Shown here: in pieces, positions 30,434 to 40,121 of the stretch
Layout of the letters: each line of letters opens with the position of its first letter
Position numbering within the stretch: position 1 is the first letter of the stretch
Assembly (NCBI GenBank): GCA_965218095.1
Contig: OZ244587.1
Location: forward strand, 5,600,001 to 5,664,000
Source: Candidatus Poribacteria bacterium
Lineage (GTDB): Bacteria; Poribacteria; WGA-4E; PCPOR2b
Direction of reading: 5' to 3'
Length of the DNA: 64,000 bases
Translations under genes and position numbers: made by a program
Notes under the pieces: model-generated
What the model was told of the DNA's origin: nothing
What the model saw: only the letters and a program-made list of their open reading frames with translations
Databases searched by the model: none

Positions 30434-31460
30434 ACAGCACCTCTTTCTTGAATCTCATCAATAGCCAGAGGAAAAACGGCCCCCCAAGCAACGCGGTGAC
30501 AACGCCAACAGGCAATTCGGCGGGGACGGCAACAGTTCAGGCAAAAAGATCTGCCAACACGAGCAGAATTGCGCCCCCCAACGCGGAGCCGGGCAACACA
30601 TACCGATGGTCGGCGCCGCCCATGAGGCGGAGCAGGTGCGGCACGACGAGTCCCACGAAACCGATGCCCCCCGCCGCCGACACGGCTGCGCCGACGGTCA
30701 ACGCGACGCCAAAGACCGCCCACCGCTTCAACGATTCGGTCGAAACACCGAGGTGATACGCTTCCGATTCGCCGAGGCTCATGGCGTTGAGGGCACGGGC
30801 GAGGCGAAACAACACAATCGCCCCGACGATTGCCACCGGAAGCGTCACGGCGACCACCCGCCACGTCGCCCCACCGAAGCCGCCGAGTAACCAGAAGGTG
30901 AGGCTCCGAAGTTGCTCTTCGTCCGCGAGGAAGGTCATCAAGCCGATGCCCGCGCCTGCGAAACTGTTGAGCGCGATTCCTGCCAACAACAAGGTCACTG
31001 TGAGGACTCGTCCTTGCATTTGAGCGATTTTCCAGACGCCGACTGTCACGAGGATACCACCTGTGAATGCCGCGATCGGTACGCCCCAGATTCCCAAAAA
31101 ACCGCTCCCGATGAGCACAATCCAGACCGCCGCGCCAAGTCCTGCACCCGCCGTTACGCCAATTAACCCCGGGTCGGCGAGGGGATTGCGGAAGATGCCC
31201 TGCAATGTCGCGCCGGAGATGGCTAAAACCGCCCCGACGATGGCTGACAATAGCACGCGGGGAAATCGGACGTAGATGAGCACCTCAAACCCGTCTTCGT
31301 GGAAAAGCAGGACGCGGGGGATGCGCCACGGCAGAATCTGATACGCTCCCACACCCGCCGCAACGCACAGCGAAATTGGGAGTAAACTGGCGAGGATGAG
31401 AAGAATTTTGGATCGATTTTGCACGGTTTGACTCCACTCCCCGATCGGCATCGGGGACAT
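30426..31460 (-). pseudogene. hmuU: Heme/iron ABC permease (FecCD family) with an in-frame TGA at 30537-30539
   Basis: RNPLADPGLIG and IGFVGLVVPH motifs. After LADLFA* the same frame continues TVAVPAELPVGVVTALLGGPFFLWLL...* to 30426. Confidence 0.85.
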
Positions 31461-31486
31461 GCTTGATCATCTCATCGCGATGAATA

Positions 31487-32404
31487 CTATTCACCCTTCG
31501 CAACAAAATGTCCTTCCGATTCATAGATGCCCCGAAACAGGTCGAGTGCCGCTCTGCCACAACGGGGACCGAATCCCGACAAGTACAATCCGTTTATCGC
31601 AATCACTCGTCGATTTCGCCCGGCAGGTGTCTGCGCCAAACCGGGGAGTTTGAGTAACCCTTCGACCCCGCCGATCGATTTCAACCCCGATTCAAACAGC
31701 ACGTACACCTCCGGCTGTGCGGCGATAACCGCTTCCGCTGTCATCGGTTTCGTGCCTTTGATTTTGCCCGCGGCATTCGTCGCACCCACAATCTCAATCA
31801 TCGCGCCCGGTGCTGAGTCTCTGCCGAGCACAAAGGCGGTTTGGGGGCCGCGCAGATAGAGGAACAATGCTTTCCGTTTCGACTGACCTTCCCGTGCGGC
31901 GCGTTTGGATTTCAACGTGTCGAACTGCTTTTCTAACGCTGAAATCAACGCTTCAGCGCGTTCTTGGCGACCGACCGCCTTAGAAATCGTGCGGAGACGC
32001 TGTTTGGCTTCATTGAACGTTCTCGGCTCTTTGAGTAGTAGCACCGTCACGCCCGCCATCCGTAGCTGGTCAATGACTTGCGGTGGTTTCACGTCATCAC
32101 GACCGATGATCAACGTCGGTTTCAGGGAGAGAATCCCCTCTGCGTTGAGCCGATACTGATAACCGACCGATGGCAATTTTTCTTTGGCGTGTTTTGGATA
32201 AGTGGAAGATGCATCGCAACCGACAACATTCTCGCCGACACCCAGTGCGAACAGGATCTCGGTGGTACTGCCGTTGAGTCCGATGATGCGCTCCGTTGAG
32301 TTGATGACAACCGTTTCGCCGTGGGCATCTGTGACTTCAACGGGCTGTGCCGCGGCGAGCAACGAAATAAGACACAACAGAATCACAAGCGGTTGTTTTT
32401 TCAT
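31487..32404 (-). CDS. hmuT: Heme ABC transporter periplasmic binding protein
   Basis: TEILFALG, VG.D.SS.YP, VGYQYRLNAEGILSL.PT and GFGPR motifs. Confidence 0.88.
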   Translation of the reverse strand: MKKQPLVILLCLISLLAAAQPVEVTDAHGETVVINSTERIIGLNGSTTEILFALGVGENVVGCDASSTYPKHAKEKLPSVGYQYRLNAEGILSLKPTLIIGRDDVKPPQVIDQLRMAGVTVLLLKEPRTFNEAKQRLRTISKAVGRQERAEALISALEKQFDTLKSKRAAREGQSKRKALFLYLRGPQTAFVLGRDSAPGAMIEIVGATNAAGKIKGTKPMTAEAVIAAQPEVYVLFESGLKSIGGVEGLLKLPGLAQTPAGRNRRVIAINGLYLSGFGPRCGRAALDLFRGIYESEGHFVAKGE

Positions 32405-32635
32405 TGTTGACTCCTTATCTTGAAAATAGGGAATTGAAGGTTTGGTTTTGACACGGTCGGTCGATTTGTGTTATATTTACTCCGCGTCGAAAACATCTGC
32501 TGACTTTGGGAGATTTTCATTGTGGGTTAAAATCGAAACCCTGATTCAATTTTATGCGAGAAATTTTCTCGCAAATCAGAAGTTGAGCCGCAAACGTATT
32601 ACCTGTGCAACTGACACAAAACATGGAGATGACGA

Positions 32636-33874
32636 TTGACTCGAATCGCAACTGAAATCCGTAGTCCAAGGTCTTTTAACCAGCCTTTGGATCGCACCGA
32701 TCTTGATATTGCCGACAAGAAACGGACTAATCTTCTCGCTTGGCGTGGTCAGTTCTCTCCCCAGTTCGTGCAAGCGATTCTTGAAAGTTACACGCACCAG
32801 AATGATATCATTCTTGATCCGTTCGTCGGCAGTGGAACTGTTCTTGTGGAATCTGCACATTTAGGACACGAAGTTTATGGTTTTGAAGTCAATCCTGCTG
32901 CCGAAACACTAGCCAAAGTATACACGTTTATAGGTTACAGCCCGAAAGAACGGTGTGCGCTGCTTTCGCGTGCGGAAAAAACCTTATCTAAATATATTCC
33001 GCTAGGGCTTCCCCTCTTTGATTCAAGAATTTCAAATGATGACGATAGCGTATCAATTAACCCGCTTATCCGTCATTTGCCCGGGCTGAAGAGTATTGAT
33101 ATCAAGATACTGCTCGAATCATTAGTCGTAAAATTGGACATCGGCGGAGAGTACTTTCCAATTCACAGTTTATGGTCGAAATGGAATGCGCTTCGCACAC
33201 TTGTAGAATCTTTACCACAGTCAGAAAAAACAGTATCGGTCGCGTTAGGAGATGCGAGATACTTACCGTTGGACGATAGCGTCATTGATTTCGTTCTGAC
33301 CTCTCCACCGTACATCAATGTCTTTAACTATCACAATAATTACAGAACCTCTATTGAATTGCTGGGCTGGAAACCACTTGTTTCCGCAAGATCAGAAATC
33401 GGCGCGAATCGTAAGTTCCGGCAGAATCGTTTTCTAACTGTGGTTCAGTATTGCATTGATATGAGTCTTTCATTAGCAGAGTTAGTCCGGGTCTGTCGGA
33501 ATTCAGGGCGAATCATATTCGTTGTGGGAAGGGAGTCCAATGTTCATAAAACCGCTTTTTTCAACGGTGCCATCCTTCGTCGTCTCGCCGAAGAAGTTAT
33601 CGGTATCAAAACTGCTTTGCAGCAAGAAAGGAAGTTTCAAAATAAATTCGGCAACCTGATTAAAGAAGATATCCTGCATTTCATTCCAAGCAATGGGCAA
33701 CAGGTTAATCGTTCTCTTACCATCAAACAAGCAAAACAGATCGGAGCAGAGGTGTTATCGAATGCTCGGGATAGAGTCCCGACAGATCGACGTGGTATTC
33801 TCGATGATGCCCTGAGCCACGCACACCAGATAGAACCTTCTCCTGAGTTTATAGCTGCACAGGCGAAAGAATAA
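32636..33874 (+). CDS. Amino-DNA methyltransferase, probably N4-cytosine (alpha order)
   Basis: Motif I DPFVGSGT precedes motif IV TSPPY; coupled to the next gene by TAATG. Confidence 0.88.
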   Translation: MTRIATEIRSPRSFNQPLDRTDLDIADKKRTNLLAWRGQFSPQFVQAILESYTHQNDIILDPFVGSGTVLVESAHLGHEVYGFEVNPAAETLAKVYTFIGYSPKERCALLSRAEKTLSKYIPLGLPLFDSRISNDDDSVSINPLIRHLPGLKSIDIKILLESLVVKLDIGGEYFPIHSLWSKWNALRTLVESLPQSEKTVSVALGDARYLPLDDSVIDFVLTSPPYINVFNYHNNYRTSIELLGWKPLVSARSEIGANRKFRQNRFLTVVQYCIDMSLSLAELVRVCRNSGRIIFVVGRESNVHKTAFFNGAILRRLAEEVIGIKTALQQERKFQNKFGNLIKEDILHFIPSNGQQVNRSLTIKQAKQIGAEVLSNARDRVPTDRRGILDDALSHAHQIEPSPEFIAAQAKE

Positions 33875-34785
33875 TGGCACGACCAACACCGCACTTAGAT
33901 AAGCTTAACGCGCTACTCGCAAACGACAAACTACCTGCCGATGACAAGGAAAGAATCGATTATGCGATAGAGAAATATCATGAATGGATACAGGCGATGT
34001 CAGAAGCGGATGAGGATGAGTCTGTTATTATTGAACGATTGGTTTCCCTGCTTTCCGGGTATAAGCAGTTTATCGATTTGGATACCATATTCGATAGCGA
34101 AAGTGATTTTTTATATCGGCAAAAAGGACAGTTAAAACTGGATAACACGGTAATAGAAGAATTTCTTCCTCATTTGATATCGAGGGCACTGCCAGACTTG
34201 GATAATACCCTATATCTCGGTCCACAGTCGTGTTTTTCGGCAACATATTTTACATCTACCCTTACGCATCACGAACGTGGGGGCGGATTCCATATTCGGA
34301 CAAAAAACCAAGATTTCACCATCGCACGGAAACTATTTATACGGACATCGCATCATCCAAATTTTGAAGGAGATTTTCTAAGCCGGGAAACTTATCTGGG
34401 CTACATATGTGCCGAGTGCAAAACGAATTTGGATAAGACAATGTTCCAAGAGGCATCGGCGACAGCTCATGATGTTAAAGCGGCTGTGCCCGGCGCGAAG
34501 TACTACCTGCTTTGTGAATGGCTTGATATGACTCCGATTAGCACCGCACCAACTGATATTGATGAAGTCTTGTTGCTTAGAAAAGCGAAGAGAATTGGTT
34601 CTCAAGTGAGGCGTCATTATGCAACCTATTCGGGACGCCAGAAAGCTCGAGAAGAGTATGCTGAATTCCTTAGAGATAACCCTTTTGCGCCGGATGTATT
34701 CACTCGACTTGTTCGCCATATTGAGAGTGTACTCAATGACCACGCCCCAGAAGAGGGAAACGTGCTAAACGGCGGTTATTTCTAA
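33874..34785 (+). CDS. Bpu10I-family type II restriction endonuclease
   Basis: RQKGQLKLDN..IEEFL, K.QDF and ECKTNLDKTMFQEA motifs; adjacent to the MTase. Confidence 0.85.
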   Translation: MARPTPHLDKLNALLANDKLPADDKERIDYAIEKYHEWIQAMSEADEDESVIIERLVSLLSGYKQFIDLDTIFDSESDFLYRQKGQLKLDNTVIEEFLPHLISRALPDLDNTLYLGPQSCFSATYFTSTLTHHERGGGFHIRTKNQDFTIARKLFIRTSHHPNFEGDFLSRETYLGYICAECKTNLDKTMFQEASATAHDVKAAVPGAKYYLLCEWLDMTPISTAPTDIDEVLLLRKAKRIGSQVRRHYATYSGRQKAREEYAEFLRDNPFAPDVFTRLVRHIESVLNDHAPEEGNVLNGGYF

Positions 34786-34789
34786 AAGC

Positions 34790-34869
34790 CCCGCGAGCGA
34801 TGAAACGAGACAGAACAGCATCACGAGGTGTTGTATTTCATTGTTGACTCTTATCTTGAAAATGGGAAC
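34790..34869 (-). repeat. Diverged copy of the hmuT RBS and signal-peptide region
   Basis: TTTCATTGTTGACTC-TTATCTTGAAAAT-GGGAA matches 32399-32433 and extends into the signal peptide codons. Confidence 0.8.
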
Positions 34870-35005
34870 ATTGTAAAAATTGACCGCTCATGTCAAGAAA
34901 TGGTGAAAAGAAACCGAGTTTTTCCAAAAAAACTCGGTTTCTCCCGGATAGGTGGGAGACGCAGCCCCCTCCCACAGTAGCGTGAACTGTTCGTTTGCGT
35001 CGGTA

Positions 35006-35647
35006 TTAGAAATTCCGACTCCCATTGGGTTGATGGACGTACTCAAAGGTTACAAAACCGCCCTCCTTTTTGCTCTTATTGTCCTTATAGTAGCCGATGA
35101 AACGCACCTTTGCAAACGTGCCATCCGCCGTTTGAACTACGAACACACGTTTCTCCAGAGGCAAGATCCAGTGATTGGGCGGTCCGGTGTAAATGTACCA
35201 CCCCTCCTCGCTCTGTGCGACGATAGCGAGGTTCTCGTCTGAACCAGCGACGTACCCGCCCGCGGGTGCCTCTTTCACCTGCTCAAACTCTACATCTTCG
35301 AGCATCACCGCACTTCCCTTTCCCGCGCCGCTCACGCCGCCGTTGAGTTTCACCTTCGTCTGTTGAAAGCCGAGGTCCCAATCCATTGAATTTCGTGGGT
35401 CGGCGACCTCGAGGGCATCGCCTTTGGCGAAGGAGAAATACGCCCACGCCTCTTTGCTCGTTGCGTCAATGGTGAAGTTGACAACATCGAGTTGTGGTGA
35501 GACTTCGGCGGGCGACTGTTCCTCAAGCGGTTGCTCGAGTTCATCGTCGTCATCATCATTACTACAACCGAAAAAGAAAACGGTACTAATAAACAAAACT
35601 GACCAGATAATGAGTCGCCAAGTGGCGAGATTTCTGAGGGTTTTCAT
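35006..35647 (-). CDS. hmuY: HmuY-family heme-binding lipoprotein
   Basis: Lipobox FFGC; W.YFSF, WDLGF...KLNGG.SG.G.G, GWY.Y and VFVV.TADG.FAKV...GYY motifs. Confidence 0.88.
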   Translation of the reverse strand: MKTLRNLATWRLIIWSVLFISTVFFFGCSNDDDDDELEQPLEEQSPAEVSPQLDVVNFTIDATSKEAWAYFSFAKGDALEVADPRNSMDWDLGFQQTKVKLNGGVSGAGKGSAVMLEDVEFEQVKEAPAGGYVAGSDENLAIVAQSEEGWYIYTGPPNHWILPLEKRVFVVQTADGTFAKVRFIGYYKDNKSKKEGGFVTFEYVHQPNGSRNF

Positions 35648-35680
35648 TGTGTCCTCCTATTGAGTACTTGAAATGGTGGA

Positions 35681-35896
35681 TTAGACAGTGATCGGATGGC
35701 CCGTGTCTGTTAAAGACTTTGCACTATCATCTTTGAAAGCCAACATGGCTTCCGCGATGGTGCCGGCAACTTGGTAAAAATCTTGTGCAATCATCGCAAT
35801 GTCGATGCCCCGGTATTTGAGGTGAATATGCCCATCAAGGCATTGATAGACAGCACACACGCTGTTATTTGACAAAAACTCTCTTGTGTGATCCAT
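35681..35896 (-). CDS. Small 71-aa Cys/His protein
   Basis: RBS AAGGA precedes ATG 35896. Sequence C-AVYQ-C-LDG-H-I-H; lies in the heme operon. Confidence 0.7.
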   Translation of the reverse strand: MDHTREFLSNNSVCAVYQCLDGHIHLKYRGIDIAMIAQDFYQVAGTIAEAMLAFKDDSAKSLTDTGHPITV

Positions 35897-35952
35897 TTTC
35901 TTCGTTTCCTTTCTTGATAGTTTCAGTGGCGTAAGAAAGAATCCGTTTTCTC

Positions 35953-36477
35953 TTACCACTGGGAAGATGCGTGTAAAAATAGTAGGATTGAAAAACAGGT
36001 GATTGAGAGATAAGCCGACTTTCTTCCACGTCGGCACAACACAAAGCGAATCAACAGTTGAAACAGATAGAGCAGGCACACACCACACGCGCCTGACATT
36101 TGGTGAGACCAATCGCTGTGATGATTGCCGTGCAATAGAAAAGCGGTTAGCAATCCGAGAGCCGACAGTGATAGTCCGATAATCACATTCTGACAGCAAA
36201 ATGTATCCAATCGCTCGAGTGCTGGCAGGTGGTAAAATATCACCAGAAATCGTTTCCGTTTGAGTTGGATTTCTTGGATGAGGTAGGCCAACGATGAGGC
36301 GCACGCACATGCAAAAGCACCATCTGCAAGCAGAAGTGCCCTCGAATACAACAGCCAGCAAAACTGCTGCAATAGGGGCGTGAACGAAACCAACGTCCCG
36401 GCGAAAAATATCGAAGTGAAACCGCCTAGCCCTAAGAGGTGCGCTCTACTGAGTACCATCTTTTCTTCAATTGACAC
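35953..36477 (-). CDS. Short HemX/CcsA (cytochrome c assembly)-like membrane protein
   Basis: AYLIQE.QLK.K...LP.LE.LD...G..L...GLL and R...RG.KSAY.SI..F motifs match the C-terminal half of that family. Confidence 0.65.
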   Translation of the reverse strand: MSIEEKMVLSRAHLLGLGGFTSIFFAGTLVSFTPLLQQFCWLLYSRALLLADGAFACACASSLAYLIQEIQLKRKRFLVIFYHLPALERLDTFCCQNVIIGLSLSALGLLTAFLLHGNHHSDWSHQMSGACGVCLLYLFQLLIRFVLCRRGRKSAYLSITCFSILLFLHASSQW

Positions 36478-36662
36478 GATTGATTGCTGTGTAATGAGTC
36501 ATGCGTAACGGGAGGCAAATGTTTTTAAGCGTTACGCACGACTCGTCACAACAGGTTCTCAAGCTCGCCCCCTAACCCAAACAAGCTTGAGAGCCTAGGG
36601 TTGGTTATCGACAAGCCTTCTCCACCCTGTGAGAGAAAGCTTGTGGTCATTTGACAGGCTGC

Positions 36663-38609
36663 TCAGTAGTTCAAAGAGAGTCCGCCATAAAATGACCGCC
36701 CGGTGAAAGTATAAAAGGCTGGAATTTTGAAGTCGAAAATGTTGTTGATGCCGACGGAGGCTTTGAGCCATTTGAGAACCTGCTTTGACCCCCGAAGATT
36801 CCAGATATAGTTGCTCGGCGCGTACTCCTCATCTTCAAGTACATTGTCGCTGTCGTCGAAGAATCCCCACCTGCTGGCGTAACGCCCGCGCAGGTCTAGG
36901 TTGAAACCGGCGTCTCGGTTTGTGTAGGCAAGCTTGAGGTTGCCGCTGTGCTTGGATCGATTGAGCAGCGTCAAACCTGTCTCCTTATCCTCGCCCTTGA
37001 GATACGCATAGCCGACCATCGCGGAGAAGCCCCCGATTGAACGGGTCGAAAATTCGACTTCAACCCCTTCGGTAAACGCTTTGCTGACGTTGAAATACTG
37101 AAATTTACTCCCGCCAAGCACGCTTTTCCCAATCCGCTCCGCTTCGATCAGGTTTTTCAGGTTGTTCCGATACAAGTGCACCCGTCCTAGCAGCGCGGAC
37201 TTAAACTGGTATTCAACCCCAAGATTCCAACTCCCCGACGACTCCGGTTGCAGGTCTGGATTTCCAAGCACTTGATAGCCAGATGTCGGATTGCTGAAAT
37301 CGAGATAGAGGTCTTTGAAGTCGGGTGCACGAAAGCCTTGACCGAAGGAGGTGCGAATCGTGACATCACTGGTCACGTGATACATCCCGCTCAACTTTGG
37401 ACTGAAGTGCGTTCCAAATTCGGAGTGATGGTCAAGCCGTCCCCCCAAGACAAGCGCAAGGTTTGCCATCGGTCGAAATTCGTTCTGGAAAAACAGCGAA
37501 TCCGTCGTAACGCCCTTCTCACCGCCTGCAATGCGTTGGGATTCGAGGTTTTCAAAAATTAACTCTGCGCCAACGGTCAGTTGGTTCTTCAATCCGAGGG
37601 CGGTGTCAAATTGCGCTTCGCCTTTGATCAGGTCTTGAACCGTGACGTTTGATGACGCGGTGAGCGAGGTGCCACGGTCAATAACCGTCGATTCATCGCG
37701 GTAGCGTGTGGCGTAGATTTTGCCCATCAACTTTGAGCGCAAACCGAGTTGATACCCCGTGCCGACGCTTCCGCTGAAGTTGTCAATATTGCCGAGGCGG
37801 TCGAAGATGATGTCGTCTGTTTCACTGACACCCTCCTGCTCTTGGGCAAAATACTGCCCCGAAAACAGCAGCATCGCTTTGGAGGTAAGTTGATACTCGG
37901 TCCGCGCAGAGTGGGTCAAGTTCTGATAGCCATCAATCGTCGTCGAAAGGTCTGACTCGTCTAGATCGATTGGGTTTCGGCGATTTGCGGCAAGGGTCAA
38001 TAGCGCGTTGAACTTGTCGCGTTTCAACTCAACCGCGCTGCGACTGTCAATGGTGTTGTGGGTCTCGAAGTTGTTGGTGAATTGCACAGCAAATGGGGAC
38101 GACACTTTGCGTGTGATAACGTTGATGACGCCCCCCATCGCAGCACTGCCAAAGAGTGCCGACGATGCGCCTTTGACAATCTCGATCCGCTCAACGTTTT
38201 CGACTGCAATCCGTGCGAGGTCGAGTTTGCCAGCGATTCGACCGACCTGCGGTTCGCCATCAAGTAGGACCAGGATGTAATCGGAAGCGAGCCCTTGCAG
38301 TTGAACACCGTCGCCGTGGGCGTCGCGATGGACGACAACCCCCACCCGATGCTCAAGCACCTCGCCGATGTTTTCCGCGCCTGTCGCTTCAATCTCACTT
38401 CGCGTAATGACTTCGGTGATGACCGGCGTGTCTTTTAACCGACGCTCGGTTTTTGTGCCGGTGATGACCACCTCGTCCATCTGAAAAAAGTCAGCGATTG
38501 ACGCGGTTTGGGCGAAAGTGCAGACGGGTTTGAAGCCTGTCTCTACAGTCATTCCACCGATGGTGAAGATAACGAAAAAACCGATCCAGATTCGGTTGTG
38601 TAAACTCAT
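36663..38609 (-). CDS. TonB-dependent receptor, likely heme (HmuR-like)
   Basis: DEVVITGT, RIEIVKG..S.LFGS.AMGGVINVIT, FRAPDF..LY and NPDL.PE motifs; upstream of hmuY. Confidence 0.9.
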   Translation of the reverse strand: MSLHNRIWIGFFVIFTIGGMTVETGFKPVCTFAQTASIADFFQMDEVVITGTKTERRLKDTPVITEVITRSEIEATGAENIGEVLEHRVGVVVHRDAHGDGVQLQGLASDYILVLLDGEPQVGRIAGKLDLARIAVENVERIEIVKGASSALFGSAAMGGVINVITRKVSSPFAVQFTNNFETHNTIDSRSAVELKRDKFNALLTLAANRRNPIDLDESDLSTTIDGYQNLTHSARTEYQLTSKAMLLFSGQYFAQEQEGVSETDDIIFDRLGNIDNFSGSVGTGYQLGLRSKLMGKIYATRYRDESTVIDRGTSLTASSNVTVQDLIKGEAQFDTALGLKNQLTVGAELIFENLESQRIAGGEKGVTTDSLFFQNEFRPMANLALVLGGRLDHHSEFGTHFSPKLSGMYHVTSDVTIRTSFGQGFRAPDFKDLYLDFSNPTSGYQVLGNPDLQPESSGSWNLGVEYQFKSALLGRVHLYRNNLKNLIEAERIGKSVLGGSKFQYFNVSKAFTEGVEVEFSTRSIGGFSAMVGYAYLKGEDKETGLTLLNRSKHSGNLKLAYTNRDAGFNLDLRGRYASRWGFFDDSDNVLEDEEYAPSNYIWNLRGSKQVLKWLKASVGINNIFDFKIPAFYTFTGRSFYGGLSLNY

Positions 38610-38807
38610 TAATTGTCTCCTTTCTGTGTAATTTTCTTGACAATCGCAAAGCGATTGGCTTATCTTAATAGGAACAGAAAGGGCGATGGGCGCAAAAAAG
38701 CCCCATTACATCAAACCGATAGAGATATGGGATATAGCTAACAATTGGCCGTTGGGAGCTGTCCCTTTTCTATCGTTTGCCTTTTCTGTTATTTTATTTC
38801 CTATTGA

Positions 38808-38830
38808 TTGATAATGAGTCTCAATATCAG
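38808..38830. promoter_or_regulatory. Fur-like operator
   Basis: GATAATGAGTCTCAATATC (38810-38828) resembles the GATAATGATAATCATTATC consensus and lies upstream of the heme operon. Confidence 0.75.
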
Positions 38831-39113
38831 ATATAATACAACTTTATTGAGCGATAACTAATGAGATAATGTTTCTCCAAACATTCATCTCGTCCTCAAT
38901 TCGTGTTCGATTCGACGTATGACCGGAGCACGGTGTTAATTTGTGCTCCACATACAAATACTTATGTGCGTCAATCATAAAGCTTAAATTTAACGTAGGT
39001 TCGTAGTAGGGCGATTTATCACCCGTCAGGTTCGTCGTCAAGTGCTTTATCGCCTGTCCAAACGCGCAATGAATTGCGCTACTACTAACTTTTATATCGA
39101 ACTCACGTTAAAT

Positions 39114-39470
39114 TTAGTGTACCCTGAATTGACCACCGCGCGGTTCCGCCTCAAGGTCAGGGCGAGCGGAATCGAGAAATACCTCGTGAAGTTCTAGCTT
39201 GTTCGACTGCGTGAACGCCTCTTTGGGCAGGGTTCCCGATTGGGCGTGCCCCTTACGGAATTCATCCGATTCGACCCAGTTTTCAAAGTCCTTCCGCAAT
39301 TCCCAAAGCGTAAACACGACGTAGGGGTCGCCGTCATTGACCGGACGCAACACTTGGTTTGAGATGAAGCCGGGCATCCCGTCAACGAGTTGAGCGCGGT
39401 TGCGGAAACGCGCCTCGAAGGCTTCGGTGTACTCGGGTGCAACGTAGATTCGATTTGCAACAGTTATCAT
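39114..39470 (-). CDS. IsdG/MhuD-like heme-degrading monooxygenase (ABM family)
   Basis: N-terminal Asn (VANRI), FE.RF..R...V..MPGF and W..S.EF..GH motifs. Confidence 0.82.
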   Translation of the reverse strand: MITVANRIYVAPEYTEAFEARFRNRAQLVDGMPGFISNQVLRPVNDGDPYVVFTLWELRKDFENWVESDEFRKGHAQSGTLPKEAFTQSNKLELHEVFLDSARPDLEAEPRGGQFRVH

Positions 39471-39886
39471 GGTCTTGACCTCCGTTCTGTCTTTGTATGA
39501 TAAACTCGAATGGGGTTATGTTGAGTTGGCTGACTAGGTGAATTGACATCAACAAAAATATGTTCCCCGTCAACCTTCACGGGATAGGTTGCAATCCCAC
39601 ATTTTCCGGGCCAGATGCACTTGCCTGTTTTGACATCAAACTTCCATTGATGAATTGGGCAAACGATAACGTCATTTTCTAACTGACCCGCGTGTAAAAT
39701 TCCACCAACATGGGGACAGATGTTGTTCACCGCGTAATACTTCCCATTGACGTTGTGGATACCGATGAAATTACCTTCCAACTTCGCGCTAATGCAGCTA
39801 CCGGGACTCACCTCATCTGTCTTGGCTGCTTTTATGAATCGAGGGACTCCCGGATTTCGTTGTGTCTCTTGGATTTGTAAAGCCAT
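39467..39886 (-). CDS. Rieske [2Fe-2S] ferredoxin
   Basis: CPH...CPIH.W.FD..TG; ATGA overlap with the monooxygenase gene. Confidence 0.9.
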   Translation of the reverse strand: MALQIQETQRNPGVPRFIKAAKTDEVSPGSCISAKLEGNFIGIHNVNGKYYAVNNICPHVGGILHAGQLENDVIVCPIHQWKFDVKTGKCIWPGKCGIATYPVKVDGEHIFVDVNSPSQPTQHNPIRVYHTKTERRSRP

Positions 39887-40050
39887 AAGCCTCCTCTGAT
39901 TAGTTCATATCAAAAACAGGCGCAAAGCCGCTTAGAGAAACCGAGTTTTTGCGTCGGGTAATCCCGCTAGCCTTCAGGGTCCGAAAAACTCGGTTTCTGG
40001 AATCAAACGGTTTCTTTGCACGAACTCTTAACATGCCCCCCTGATTTTGC

Positions 40051-40079
40051 TTGACATAAACAGCGTTATTGCATAAAAT
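40051..40079 (+). promoter_or_regulatory. Sigma70 promoter of bfr
   Basis: TTGACA-17 nt-TAAAAT. Confidence 0.7.
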
Positions 40080-40121
40080 TTCAGTTGATTCAACCCAATT
40101 CCAAACATTAAGGAGAAAACA

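Noticed and set aside
30537-30539. Selenocysteine or genetic-code reassignment of the hmuU TGA
   Set aside because: The aligned residue is Arg rather than Cys, Trp or Gly, and TGA is a normal stop in many other genes here.
35897-36361. N-terminal part of the 226-aa ORF 35681..36361
   Set aside because: It overlaps the HemX-like gene in another frame. Only the last 71 codons, which follow an RBS, look real.
38640-38800. Cobalamin or c-di-GMP-I riboswitch upstream of the TonB receptor
   Set aside because: No B12-box or GCCACTG/GGGAAG elements are seen. The GGCAAAC...GAAA...GGGAC resemblance lacks the required stem and the GCAAAG continuation.
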